Source: an uncultured Spirochaetota bacterium
GTDB taxonomy: Bacteria; Spirochaetota; Brevinematia; Brevinematales; JAOACQ01
Length of the DNA: 64,000 nucleotides
Direction: 5' to 3'
Assembly (NCBI GenBank): GCA_963835575.1
Contig: CAWIGG010000005.1
Location: 32,001 to 96,000, forward strand
The notes below the pieces were generated by a model. It had not been told where the DNA came from and ran no database searches. It saw only the letters and a program-made list of their open reading frames with translations. The translations under genes were made by a program, and so were the position numbers. Of this stretch, positions 39,146 to 48,627 are shown in pieces; within the stretch, counting starts at the first letter, position 1, and every line of letters starts with the position of its first letter.

Positions 39146-39907
39146 ATGAAAATATTAATATTTATTATGATTTTCCTTTTCACCGGAATTTCATATTCCA
39201 AAACAATATCAAATACAGAGTTTTTATTCGGGGAAAAAATCGACAGAGCTTCTTTAAAAAATGTAAAAAACACAATCACAGGGTTCGAGTTTCCGCTGGA
39301 TATTGATTTCTCAACAAACGATATTTATATAACAGGGAATATTTTCTTCGGTTATACCGTATATATCAATCCGAAATTCAAAAACAAAATCAAACGGATA
39401 GCTCTGACCGATTTGTCAACAAAAAAGAAATACATAAAGGATAAGATAATATCACAAGTCACAATTGATACCGCCAAAGGGTCAATAGATTCCCTGTCTT
39501 TTATATTTTATAATTATGGGAATCTGTCGTCGGGAAAATGGCGATTGGAAATGATATTATCAAACAATAAAATCATTTTCCGAACATTCATTATGCAGGC
39601 CGGTTTCAGTATTACTAAAATCAAGGACCCGGGTCCGTTTTATTATGAGGATGGGATATTTAAAAAAAATTCGATGATTTTTGTATATGGACAATATAAT
39701 AAAAAAACTATCCAACTGGGACTTTACCGCTCCGATGATATAGGTAATATGACTGGAATTACAGGGGCAGTTACGGATGTAAGGAATGGACGCTTTTATA
39801 ATGAAGTAAAATTAGGAACAAACATCGAAAGCGGAGATTATGCAATTCTTACAGAAGAAGAAATGAATGAAAAAAACATACTTTGCCGGGGATTCAGCAT
39901 AAAGTAA
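39146..39907 (+). CDS. Hypothetical exported protein
   Basis: Signal peptide; follows the upstream gene closely. Confidence 0.7.
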   Translation: MKILIFIMIFLFTGISYSKTISNTEFLFGEKIDRASLKNVKNTITGFEFPLDIDFSTNDIYITGNIFFGYTVYINPKFKNKIKRIALTDLSTKKKYIKDKIISQVTIDTAKGSIDSLSFIFYNYGNLSSGKWRLEMILSNNKIIFRTFIMQAGFSITKIKDPGPFYYEDGIFKKNSMIFVYGQYNKKTIQLGLYRSDDIGNMTGITGAVTDVRNGRFYNEVKLGTNIESGDYAILTEEEMNEKNILCRGFSIK

Positions 39908-40021
39908 TGATAACCAGATTAACGGAATACATATAAATAAGCTGTTAATAAAGACAATTGAATAATAGTCAGTCCGAAAAGACATTGAAGCGATTTTGAA
40001 CCAATCACATTTTTGTCTTGA

Positions 40022-40318
40022 TCATGGCATATCATTTTCATATTCCCGGATAATGCTTTTCAAATCTTCATCCGCGTATTCCAGGATTTCGTCCTTCCAT
40101 TCCGGATGGATAACCCATAGCCAGCCCAGAATATCGTCCTTTTGAGGAGGATCATCATCCGGGCAGAATTCCAGAAAATCCATATTCCACCCGAGGATAT
40201 TGATGCGGATGCCGTCCACATCATAAAACCGTTCATCTAGCCTTTCATACTCTTTTATATCTTTTAAGAAATATTTTTTTGGCGTTTTCCCGGGTTCATT
40301 TAACAATTCCAGAACCAT
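40022..40318 (-). CDS. Small acidic hypothetical protein
   Basis: TAATG coupling with the upstream gene. Confidence 0.7.
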   Translation of the reverse strand: MVLELLNEPGKTPKKYFLKDIKEYERLDERFYDVDGIRINILGWNMDFLEFCPDDDPPQKDDILGWLWVIHPEWKDEILEYADEDLKSIIREYENDMP

Positions 40319-40671
40319 TAATCAATATACCATTCCTTGTTTTCCCAATTTTCAATCGCCTGACTTGATTCGGAACTTAAAAGCGGAATATTTCCATCTG
40401 CTATTTTTTTTAATATCGCCAGACACTTTTCCGGATCAAATCTCATACCGTAAACGGCAGCCAGACTTGCAACCTCAGGCAGTTCGGAACCGGTCAATGC
40501 CAATAATGCCTGTATGCCTTCTTCTCCGATTTCTTTGAGCTTATGATATGTTTCATTCATTTTCTTTACCTGCATGTTTCCTTTCCGCCAGTTTCCCTCC
40601 CTGGTGAATTGAAACTGCCTGACAGCCGAATCACTGAAGTCTTTAATCAGCTTCAAGACTTTTTCATCCAT
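40318..40671 (-). CDS. DUF2019-like putative immunity protein
   Basis: F...A..Q......GNWRKGN......Y..LK..G..G..ALL.L......V...AA helical pattern. Confidence 0.6.
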   Translation of the reverse strand: MDEKVLKLIKDFSDSAVRQFQFTREGNWRKGNMQVKKMNETYHKLKEIGEEGIQALLALTGSELPEVASLAAVYGMRFDPEKCLAILKKIADGNIPLLSSESSQAIENWENKEWYID

Positions 40672-40943
40672 TATTTTTTCCTCTCAATAGCGTTTTATTC
40701 AATAATTATTAAATAACCGGAACAGCAGATTATATAATAACTGAACATTAACGTCAAAACCCGTCCTGGTATTTCATTGAAACAAAATTTTCCTTTAATA
40801 CATCTATACTAAGACGCTTTCAAATCCGGTTTAACTTCTTCAACGACTTTCTTTCTTAAATTTTTATTTGAAATAAAATCGGCCTTAATGTAGAATATTC
40901 ATTGCCGGATGCATATTCTTTAATTCCGGCAGCGGAGGTTTGT

Positions 40944-41354
40944 ATGGCTAGAATAGAATGGACGGACCAGCTCAGCGTCGGCATACCCAAAATCGATCAG
41001 CAGCATAAAGGTTTGATCGATTTAATCAATACTCTCGGCGACAGTGCGATGCAGGAAGAAAAAAATAAAAAAATATTAGAGGATTCCATAGAAAAGCTTA
41101 TGGATTATACAAAATTTCACTTTTCGACGGAAGAGTATCTGATGCGCCAGGTAAAATACACCGGATACGCATCCCATGTCAAAGAACATGAGGCATTTGT
41201 CGCAAAGGTTTCTTCCTTTTATAATGATTTTCTGGATAATAAAGCAGAGCTGGACCAGGCCATAGTCGATTATCTCATCAACTGGGTTATCAATCATATA
41301 CAAACAATCGACAAAATGTATATGCCTTATTTGAGTGAAGTTCCAAAAACCTGA
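40944..41354 (+). CDS. Bacteriohemerythrin
   Basis: WTDQLSVGIPKIDQQHK, HFSTEE, H.KEH, W..NHI...D; GGAGG RBS precedes 40944. Confidence 0.95.
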   Translation: MARIEWTDQLSVGIPKIDQQHKGLIDLINTLGDSAMQEEKNKKILEDSIEKLMDYTKFHFSTEEYLMRQVKYTGYASHVKEHEAFVAKVSSFYNDFLDNKAELDQAIVDYLINWVINHIQTIDKMYMPYLSEVPKT

Positions 41355-41369
41355 AGTTTTTGGAACTTC
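41337..41369. repeat. TTCCAAAAAC-family hairpin overlapping the hemerythrin stop
   Basis: GAAGTTCCAAAAAC-ctgaa-GTTTTTGGAACTTC. Confidence 0.7.
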
Positions 41370-41414
41370 CTGCCTCGAAATAACTAAGTATTTAATAATT
41401 ACCGGAGGAAGCTT

Positions 41415-41819
41415 ATGATTATACTCATCCTCTCAAATATCGTTAAAAACACTCTGCTCCGGTATGCTGAAAACGAGCTCCATCAGGGCCATTGGGGAAA
41501 TGGGGAAGTCATAATCCCGGAGCATCAGATCCTTGCCGAAAGAATAAAGAACGCCGGGGAAAAAATCGAGTTTTCATTACTGCAATTGGAAATAATATGC
41601 CAATGGATTTCGGGTACAACAAAGGACGGCCGGGTCCTAACACCGGAAGACAGAATTGCCATTCAAAGCTTAAGAAGTCCCTTAAAGAAATATTATAAAA
41701 AGATAATATCCCGGGATGGGACGGAAGCGCAGAATGTCCTGGAACAGATAAAACTGCTGGATAAAATATATCCGCCGGATCTTGTAAAAAATAATAATAA
41801 AGGAAAGAAAGATGAGTAA
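41415..41819 (+). CDS. Hypothetical protein
   Basis: GGAGG RBS; GHWGNGEVIIPE. Confidence 0.7.
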   Translation: MIILILSNIVKNTLLRYAENELHQGHWGNGEVIIPEHQILAERIKNAGEKIEFSLLQLEIICQWISGTTKDGRVLTPEDRIAIQSLRSPLKKYYKKIISRDGTEAQNVLEQIKLLDKIYPPDLVKNNNKGKKDE

Positions 41820-42573
41820 AAAAATAATCAAAAAAAGTCAAAAAGCTAAAAAACCGTCCCCTGTAAAAAAAACCGTAATTAAGAAAGAAAAGGCCTTTAA
41901 TGCAAAAGCTTTACTGCAATTACTGCTGAAAAGTAAAGGATTCCTGATGGTACGGGAAAAAAGCCGGAAAATAGCTTATTATTTTATCCAATTCATCATC
42001 CGGCCGGCTGAAGCAGTTGATGAGCTGGCTAAAGAAGAAACCGGCCTGTGGACCGGCTTCTGGTGGAACGCCTTTTTTTATTTTGCTTATTCATTGATCG
42101 CTCTGTTATATTGGGCCATCCATCATCCGCCCCAGCAGAATTTATTTTTGACCATTCCAATTGAAAACTGGTATCTGATGCAGGCCTTCACAACCATACC
42201 GGCCGGCTTTGCCGGCATACTCTCATTTTCCGGGATCGCTTATCTGCTTTCTAAGTATTTAGGCGGCAAAGGAAGCTTTGAGAAGACCTTCGCGACGCAG
42301 AGCTTTGCCATGCTGATACCGTCTTTTATTTTCATGCTCATCCCGGAAGGCCTCTTCTTTCCATTCCTGTTTTATATTCATGGGATCCAGACCCTTCCCT
42401 GGCCTAAAATCATTGAGCTGTTCAGAGTGTTCATCCTGCCGGACGCATGGATGATCTTTTTATCAGTGCTTGCCCTGAACAGTGTCCATAAAACAGGCCT
42501 CTTAAAAAGCGCCCTGGTGTTCTTTATTTCCTCCATTCCGACCGTTATCATCATGGCGGTATTTATAAGGTAG
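41812..42573 (+). CDS. Yip1-family membrane protein
   Basis: Lys-rich N-terminus, five TMs, YLLSKYLGGKGSFEKTF. Confidence 0.75.
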   Translation: MSKKIIKKSQKAKKPSPVKKTVIKKEKAFNAKALLQLLLKSKGFLMVREKSRKIAYYFIQFIIRPAEAVDELAKEETGLWTGFWWNAFFYFAYSLIALLYWAIHHPPQQNLFLTIPIENWYLMQAFTTIPAGFAGILSFSGIAYLLSKYLGGKGSFEKTFATQSFAMLIPSFIFMLIPEGLFFPFLFYIHGIQTLPWPKIIELFRVFILPDAWMIFLSVLALNSVHKTGLLKSALVFFISSIPTVIIMAVFIR

Positions 42574-42577
42574 GTGC

Positions 42578-43137
42578 AATTTCACTACAAAGACACTAAA
42601 GGAAAGGACCACAAAGGTTTGCCACGGAGACACTGAGGACACCGAGAACTGGAGTATTTGGGGTGTCTTATGAAATAATGGTTCTCTATTATTAGGCATT
42701 CTATGCTTAATTATAATAGAGAGTTTTGTATTAAACACCAAAAGACCAAGGGCACGAAGAAGCACGAAGGGGAACCACGGAAAACACGGAAGATACGGAA
42801 GACATGGGAAATTAATTGGGTGTCTGGTAAATTAGTGGTTCTCTATAATTAGGTTTTCGATACAAAGGATTTTAAATAGAAATCCTTTTGTATCACCGGC
42901 GTAGCCCACCCCCAAAATCCCCGTCAGTGTTCTATATTATAGTCTGAATCGAGTAAAAAAATACAGGCGTCTATAATTAAAACAAAATCCTATGAATCCG
43001 TTTAATCCGTGTAAATCTGCGTGAACAATCGGATATTATAATAAAGAATCTTTATATAACATCTTTAATCATTAAACAAATACTTCGTAAAACAATCTTT
43101 GTGGTCCTTTGTGCCCTTGGTGTCTTGGTGGTTCAGA
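42578..43137. repeat. Cluster of nested periodic inverted-repeat arms
   Basis: CACCAAAAGACCAAGGGCACGAAG / CTTTGTGCCCTTGGTGTCTTGGTGG; CCACGGAGACACTGAGGACACCGAG; CCACGGAAAACACGGAAGATACGGAA; ATCCGTTTAATCCGTGTAAATCTGCGTG. Confidence 0.75.
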
Positions 43138-43152
43138 CACAGGAATTACTAT

Positions 43153-43836
43153 TTAAAAATTATCCAGAAGCCTATATAAAATAGTATGCAGGGCCGCATA
43201 ATCAACTTTATCATCACTTATCATTTCAGGGCTTTGTATATACTTACCCGCTTTGAGTTCATTCCCGCAGTTCTTTACAAGTTTTGAAACTCCTTCGCGC
43301 TCCGCTTCCAGATGGAACTGTAAGGCTAAAATATGATCGTCATAAATAAAAGCCTGGTTTAAACAGGCTTCGCTTTTCGCGAGGCGTACGGCCCCGGCGG
43401 GGATAGTGAATGCGTCGCCATGCCAGTGAAAAGCTTTAAAGCGCGCGGGAATTCCCTCCATCAAGCGGGTCTTTTTAGCCTCTTCCATCAATCCAACATC
43501 AAACCAGCCTATTTCCTTTTCCCTGTTTTTAATGACTTTTGCCCCCAGGACATCGGCCAGAAGCTGGGCGCCGAGGCAGATTCCAATAACCCTGGTTTTT
43601 CTCCTGACAAGTTCTTTCAGGAACCGTTTTTCATTTTTAAGAAACGGATATTCCATTTCCTCATAGACATTCATCGGCCCGCCCATGACAAAAAGGCAGT
43701 CCGGCGAATCCGGATCCGGAAGGCTTTCACCTTTTTGCAGCATTGTCCTTTTTATTTTATGACCTCTTTCCTGCGCCCATTGTCTGACAGCGCCCTCGTT
43801 CTCAAAATCGACATGCCGAATGATGTGGATATTCAT
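43153..43836 (-). CDS. Type 1 glutamine amidotransferase
   Basis: MGGPM, GICLGAQL, WHGD, QFHLE. Confidence 0.95.
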   Translation of the reverse strand: MNIHIIRHVDFENEGAVRQWAQERGHKIKRTMLQKGESLPDPDSPDCLFVMGGPMNVYEEMEYPFLKNEKRFLKELVRRKTRVIGICLGAQLLADVLGAKVIKNREKEIGWFDVGLMEEAKKTRLMEGIPARFKAFHWHGDAFTIPAGAVRLAKSEACLNQAFIYDDHILALQFHLEAEREGVSKLVKNCGNELKAGKYIQSPEMISDDKVDYAALHTILYRLLDNF

Positions 43837-43928
43837 AAAAGATTCCTCTATAAAGAATGAATTCTGTTTTCGAAGCCATTATTTTGATGATGTTACACCT
43901 AATAAAGATCAAGTACCGGATTAAATAT

Positions 43929-45212
43929 GGGCGGTTTTAAAAACCGCCTAATTTATCAACACTTCCCTGATAATAGAAAATATTTTAAAAATATTTCTGC
44001 CAACAGGTTAAAAACTGTTTCTATTACCAAAATTCAGCCAAACACGGGCAATATTATCCATATCTTCTGTATTTTAAGCCGCACAAGACGCAATTCGACC
44101 TTTTACCACAACATACCGTGCTAAATTATAAACCAGATTCATCAGCCCGATTTGGCTCTCTGCCCTTTCTTTTCCTATCGATCGTATTGTACTGCCGTTC
44201 ATACTATTTTCAACAAAACCAAAAACATGCTCAACACGAACTCGGATGCGGCTCTTTCTTCTATTTTTTTCTTTCTGCTTCTCCGTCAATGGCTTATTTC
44301 TGTATCCTTTTTCGTGAATCCGGTTTTTCATCTCAAATTTTTCTAATATTCCTGCTACCGTTGGGCCAACATATGCGCTGTCCGCGTAAAACGGCTTCCC
44401 TTTGTCTTTCTCATTCAATAGAGGTTCAACTACCTGTGAATCGTGAACGCTCGCATCTGTCGTGACATAAGAACGAATAAGTTTTGACTTCACATCAACC
44501 TTTGTATGGTTTTTGTATCCGTAATGCCTCTCTTTATTCTTGGTCATCCAGCGCGCATCCGTGTCTTTATGGGAAAGCTTATGCGTATTATCTTTCCAAT
44601 CTTCCGGAACCTCGCCTTCTTTTATTTTCTTGTTTTCTTCGCGGCTGTTCCTCTGCCGGGGAACATCCACAAAACTTGCGTCTACCATAACGCCCGCTTT
44701 CCCTATCACACCTTTATTCTCAAGATTCTCATCGAATATTTTAAAAAGTTTCTCTATTGCTTTCGCTTTCGTCAGTTTTTCCTTGAATTCCCAGATTTTA
44801 CTGTAGTCCGGAACTTTGTCCGAAAGTGTTATCCCAAGATATCGCTGAACGGATAACCTGTCATTGATCTGAAATTCCGCTTGCTCATCGGAAAGATTGT
44901 AATACCTCTGGAATATCAGTATCTTGAACATGAAAACATAGTCATAATGTGGCGCTCCGCCCGGCGCCTTCTGCTCTTTCGGCGCCAAAATCTCTGTTAA
45001 CAGCGGCCGGAACATCTCAAAGTCTACAACCCTGTTAAGCTTATCCAGCGGTGTTTTTACGCCGCTTAGCTTTTCCATCCGCTCCTGATATTCAAACAAG
45101 TTACGGTCTTTCCGCTTAATTTTTGTCATAGCCTTACCTCTGTTTTCTTTGACTATGATTATATGTTTTTATATACTATTTGTATATGATACGTGGGTTT
45201 TTCAAACCGCCC
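43929..45212 (-). mobile_element. IS5-family element, copy 2 (1284 bp)
   Basis: Same TIRs as copy 1; ATAT target duplication; only two differences from copy 1 noticed. Confidence 0.95.
44074..45129 (-). CDS. IS5-family transposase
   Basis: Identical to 28132-29187 except KLTK versus KLMK. Confidence 0.95.
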   Translation of the reverse strand: MTKIKRKDRNLFEYQERMEKLSGVKTPLDKLNRVVDFEMFRPLLTEILAPKEQKAPGGAPHYDYVFMFKILIFQRYYNLSDEQAEFQINDRLSVQRYLGITLSDKVPDYSKIWEFKEKLTKAKAIEKLFKIFDENLENKGVIGKAGVMVDASFVDVPRQRNSREENKKIKEGEVPEDWKDNTHKLSHKDTDARWMTKNKERHYGYKNHTKVDVKSKLIRSYVTTDASVHDSQVVEPLLNEKDKGKPFYADSAYVGPTVAGILEKFEMKNRIHEKGYRNKPLTEKQKEKNRRKSRIRVRVEHVFGFVENSMNGSTIRSIGKERAESQIGLMNLVYNLARYVVVKGRIASCAA

Positions 45213-45753
45213 ATATATAACTGCCGCTGCTGTTTGAAAAAGACTTATCGACTTCCATGAGGATTCTGTACTCATGATACCCTTCAGATATGGTAAAAAT
45301 ATGGTTTGAACTGGCTGATGTTAATATACTGATGTTATTGATATTGATTATGCTCCCATTGCTGTAAACCAGGTATGCATCATCAACATACAGTCCGATA
45401 GATGGGTAATCTCCGAGATAGCCGTTCCCTTCATTTCCATCATCCTCTGAAACAAGCGGATTATTGGTTTTATAACTGAACAGATTGTCCACTGTCACAT
45501 TGGAACCGAGCTGTAGTGTGTTGCCGTCATATCCGCTGCGAAGCAATAAAACATCCATATTGATATGAAGTGAAATAAAATTGCTGTTTGTAGTATCGGT
45601 ACATGCAAAAAAATACTTTGAATGGAAATCAAAATAAGGAAGCTTGTTATCAGAACCGGCGCTGGAACCGGCTCCGGACGAACAGGCCTGAAAGGATAAC
45701 ACAGCCGTTCCAAGAATAAAGAGTAATTTGATCTGTTTCAATAGAAAATTCAT
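45202..45753 (-). CDS. Lipoprotein with C-terminus replaced by the IS5 insertion
   Basis: Lipobox-like FQAC. Removing the IS restores ...GSYIFNPVLDLY* (stop at 43899-43901). Confidence 0.75.
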   Translation of the reverse strand: MNFLLKQIKLLFILGTAVLSFQACSSGAGSSAGSDNKLPYFDFHSKYFFACTDTTNSNFISLHINMDVLLLRSGYDGNTLQLGSNVTVDNLFSYKTNNPLVSEDDGNEGNGYLGDYPSIGLYVDDAYLVYSNGSIININNISILTSASSNHIFTISEGYHEYRILMEVDKSFSNSSGSYIWAV

Positions 45754-45976
45754 TAGATCCTCCTCAACAAAATATTTCGCTATCAGTATAACAAATAAAA
45801 ATAAAAAATATATATTTTTGCAATAAATTTTTTCTCATGGCAAAATTGAAGAAGCCAGATAGAATTTTTAATCAGAATTACTGTTTAGGCTTATAGCTTG
45901 TTTTTATAATTCTTTCTTTTCGATCCAAAATATTGATAATTCTTCAAATTTATTATAGAATATTCCCGGTTTACTT

Positions 45977-46060
45977 GCCGGGGTGGCGGAATTGGCAGAC
46001 GCGCTAGATTCAGGTTCTAGTAGGTTCACGCCTGTGTGGGTTCAAGTCCCGTCCCCGGCA
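45977..46060 (+). tRNA. tRNA-Leu(CAG)
   Basis: GCCGGGG/CCCCGGC acceptor stem, D-loop GG, CTAGA-TTCAGGT-TCTAG anticodon arm, long variable arm, GGTTCAAGTCC; CCA not encoded. Confidence 0.97.
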
Positions 46061-46081
46061 ATATTTTTAGGGAGTAATAGG

Positions 46082-46804
46082 ATGCTCAGGAACCGGCTTT
46101 TTTCAGCAGTGTTTTTTGCGCTGTTTATTTTATTTTCAACCGCTTTTTCCGCAAAAAAAATCGCAGTTTTCACGGCTGATAATATCTTACAGCTGATCAA
46201 GGAAAAGATTTCACAGACTAAAACTTTTTCAGGATCGTTTGTTTACGCTTATAATAACAAAGCTTACGGCGGATTGATCAAGTATAAATCACCCAACAGA
46301 TTCCTGATGTCTTTTTACGGCAAGTCCAGCACCGGGGCTGTTGTAGAAACGGGACAGAAATTTATATCCGACGGAAAAAACTTATGGCTTGTTTTTAAAG
46401 ACCAGAATATAGCCATTAACGAAACGCTGGAAAAAAGCAAAAAGACGCCGCTTATCGGATGGAATATTGACAGGCTTCTGAAAGAATATGTCGCCACTCT
46501 GCCTAAAACCGGCTATCTTGTCCGTTATCAGAATACCGACTGTTATAAAATTCTTTTTGTGCCGAAAAGCAATACGGCCGGTTTTAAATCCATCAATATG
46601 ATCGCCGGGATGGAAGGTGAAATATTAAAAGTGGAAGCTCAAAACCAGATGGGCATCACGGTTGAACTGGGAATAAAATATGAGCCGTCCAGCATTAATC
46701 AGCCTATCGGCGACCAGAATTTTGAATTTCAGCCTGATGAAAACACTCAGATATATGAAAACATACTGCTCCCTAAAAATGAAGATACGGATCAAAGCGA
46801 ATAG
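46082..46804 (+). CDS. lolA: Outer-membrane lipoprotein carrier LolA-like protein
   Basis: Signal peptide; KYKSPNRF, FISDGKNLW, FEFQP. The upstream ORF extension overlaps the tRNA. Confidence 0.8.
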   Translation: MLRNRLFSAVFFALFILFSTAFSAKKIAVFTADNILQLIKEKISQTKTFSGSFVYAYNNKAYGGLIKYKSPNRFLMSFYGKSSTGAVVETGQKFISDGKNLWLVFKDQNIAINETLEKSKKTPLIGWNIDRLLKEYVATLPKTGYLVRYQNTDCYKILFVPKSNTAGFKSINMIAGMEGEILKVEAQNQMGITVELGIKYEPSSINQPIGDQNFEFQPDENTQIYENILLPKNEDTDQSE

Positions 46805-46899
46805 AATGCCGGTCAGCGGGTTTTTTCCGGCTGTAATGTACTGATTAATGCGGCATAATCCGCAGCTTTCATATCAATATATAGTAATAGGAGTGTCAC

Positions 46900-47685
46900 A
46901 TGAAAAAAATATTAGCTCTCCTTGTCGTAACGGGCTTATTTCTCGGCTGCTCTGTGACCAGTGAAAAATACAGGTATAAATGGCGGTTTGATAAATTTTA
47001 CAGCCTTTTGAATAATGAGGAAAAAGGCTGTTTCGCATCCAATGATCTGGATAAATTGGGCGCTTCTCTTAAATCACGCCTTGCAGGCGATAAAAAGCTC
47101 AAGGAAAATTGGGACAATGTACAATACTATGAAGCGATAAAGACATTTGACGCTCTTGAAACAGCGCATTTTTTCAGGGCGGTAATTCTGAAAGAGCTGA
47201 ACCGGGATAATTATTATATCTTTATGAATATGCTGGACGGAAAAGCCCAGCAGGAATTCGCGAAAAACAGCAATTTTTCCGCTGAGTTTGAAAAGTATTA
47301 TAAAACCAATTCCCGCTTTAAAAGCCTTATTGATTCTCTTAAAATAGAATACCGGCTGTACGGTTTTTCGAATGAACAGGTAAGCCGTTTTTTAAGGGAT
47401 GTCATATTTCCGGATGTATCGCGGAAAGAATTATTTACACTGCTTAAACTGCTGAAAGACAGCCAGGTATTGGCTGAATTCAAAGCCGGGAATATTCCCG
47501 CAGCCTCCAAAAAAATAACCGCCGATGTTCAGAGTTCGCCGACCCTGGCTTTAAATCTGCAGAAGATAATGCGCAACAGCGGTTTAACACATATATCCGT
47601 GAATGACCTGCTGGATATATATAATCAGGTTATTATGAAAGAAATGGACTCTTATGCTCTATCGCAGACTTTGTCCAAATTTTAA
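46900..47685 (+). CDS. Hypothetical lipoprotein
   Basis: Lipobox FLGC; AGGAG RBS. Confidence 0.8.
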   Translation: MKKILALLVVTGLFLGCSVTSEKYRYKWRFDKFYSLLNNEEKGCFASNDLDKLGASLKSRLAGDKKLKENWDNVQYYEAIKTFDALETAHFFRAVILKELNRDNYYIFMNMLDGKAQQEFAKNSNFSAEFEKYYKTNSRFKSLIDSLKIEYRLYGFSNEQVSRFLRDVIFPDVSRKELFTLLKLLKDSQVLAEFKAGNIPAASKKITADVQSSPTLALNLQKIMRNSGLTHISVNDLLDIYNQVIMKEMDSYALSQTLSKF

Positions 47686-47694
47686 CCGGGGTAA

Positions 47695-48066
47695 TTGATG
47701 GAACTGCTCGATGTAATATTAAAGGAACTGGAACGGTTAAAATTGCGTGATATCAGACAGTTTCATTCCGGCGGAAAATCAATCATTGCCGACCACTTTT
47801 TTGTGGCGACTTCCGACAGCATTATTCAGATGGAAGCGGTCAGGAGTAATCTGGTCGATTTTATGAAAAGCCGTAAAATCGCGCTGAAGAACAACCTTGA
47901 GGAATGGCACGGCGGCTGGCTTCTGCTGGATTTCAACGATATCATCATTCATATTTTTCTTGAAGAGAGGCGGAGCTTCTTTCAAATCGACCGCCTGCTG
48001 GAAAGCTCGGATTTTGATCTTCAGGGAATCAAGGAATACAAAACAAGGCAGAAAAAAGTCACATAG
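47695..48066 (+). CDS. rsfS: Ribosome silencing factor
   Basis: IADHFFVAT, WLLLDFNDIIIHIF..E.R.F. Confidence 0.9.
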   Translation: MMELLDVILKELERLKLRDIRQFHSGGKSIIADHFFVATSDSIIQMEAVRSNLVDFMKSRKIALKNNLEEWHGGWLLLDFNDIIIHIFLEERRSFFQIDRLLESSDFDLQGIKEYKTRQKKVT

Positions 48067-48075
48067 GAAATATTA

Positions 48076-48627
48076 ATGAAATGGCTTTTTTTAATACCTG
48101 CCGTAATACTACTTCTCTTTTCCTGCTCGCCTCCTGTTAAATCTGTCAGGGAAGATCAAAATAGTTCAACCTATCAGTTCAATTATTATCCCTATAACAT
48201 TCTCAATGTCGAAGATAAAGAATTATACAATACCGCTTTTAATATAATACGGAATAAACTTGTCTATCTGATTGATAAAACATTCGCCGGCACGCCCGAC
48301 CTGATCGGCTTGATCTTCGAATTAAGGAAAGAAGGGCGGAAAAAGGAATTCGAAGATATTATGAAGAATAAACACCTCCGGGGATGGAACATATTTGATA
48401 CCGACGCCATTCCTCTTTCTCAGGAAGAAATTGACGAAATAAACTCCGGCCAGGTCGGCGATAAAACGGCACAGCTTCCAAAGGCTTTATTTTTTATTCA
48501 AAAAGATGAAGATAAAGCTGTTGTTTATGTCAGGTACTGGCTCCTCCGGTATAAAAACTATAATTTCATTTATCACATGGAAAAATCCGGCCGCTGGAGC
48601 GTCATCAGCGCCGACGATTTAAATTAA
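48076..48627 (+). CDS. Hypothetical lipoprotein
   Basis: Lipobox LFSC. Confidence 0.75.
   Translation: MKWLFLIPAVILLLFSCSPPVKSVREDQNSSTYQFNYYPYNILNVEDKELYNTAFNIIRNKLVYLIDKTFAGTPDLIGLIFELRKEGRKKEFEDIMKNKHLRGWNIFDTDAIPLSQEEIDEINSGQVGDKTAQLPKALFFIQKDEDKAVVYVRYWLLRYKNYNFIYHMEKSGRWSVISADDLN

Noticed and set aside
45977..46060. tRNA-Leu as an island integration site
   Set aside because: No duplicated tRNA 3' end and no integrase in the window; downstream genes are core-like.
45983..46081. N-terminal extension of the LolA ORF
   Set aside because: It overlaps tRNA-Leu; the real start is the ATG at 46082 after GGGAG.
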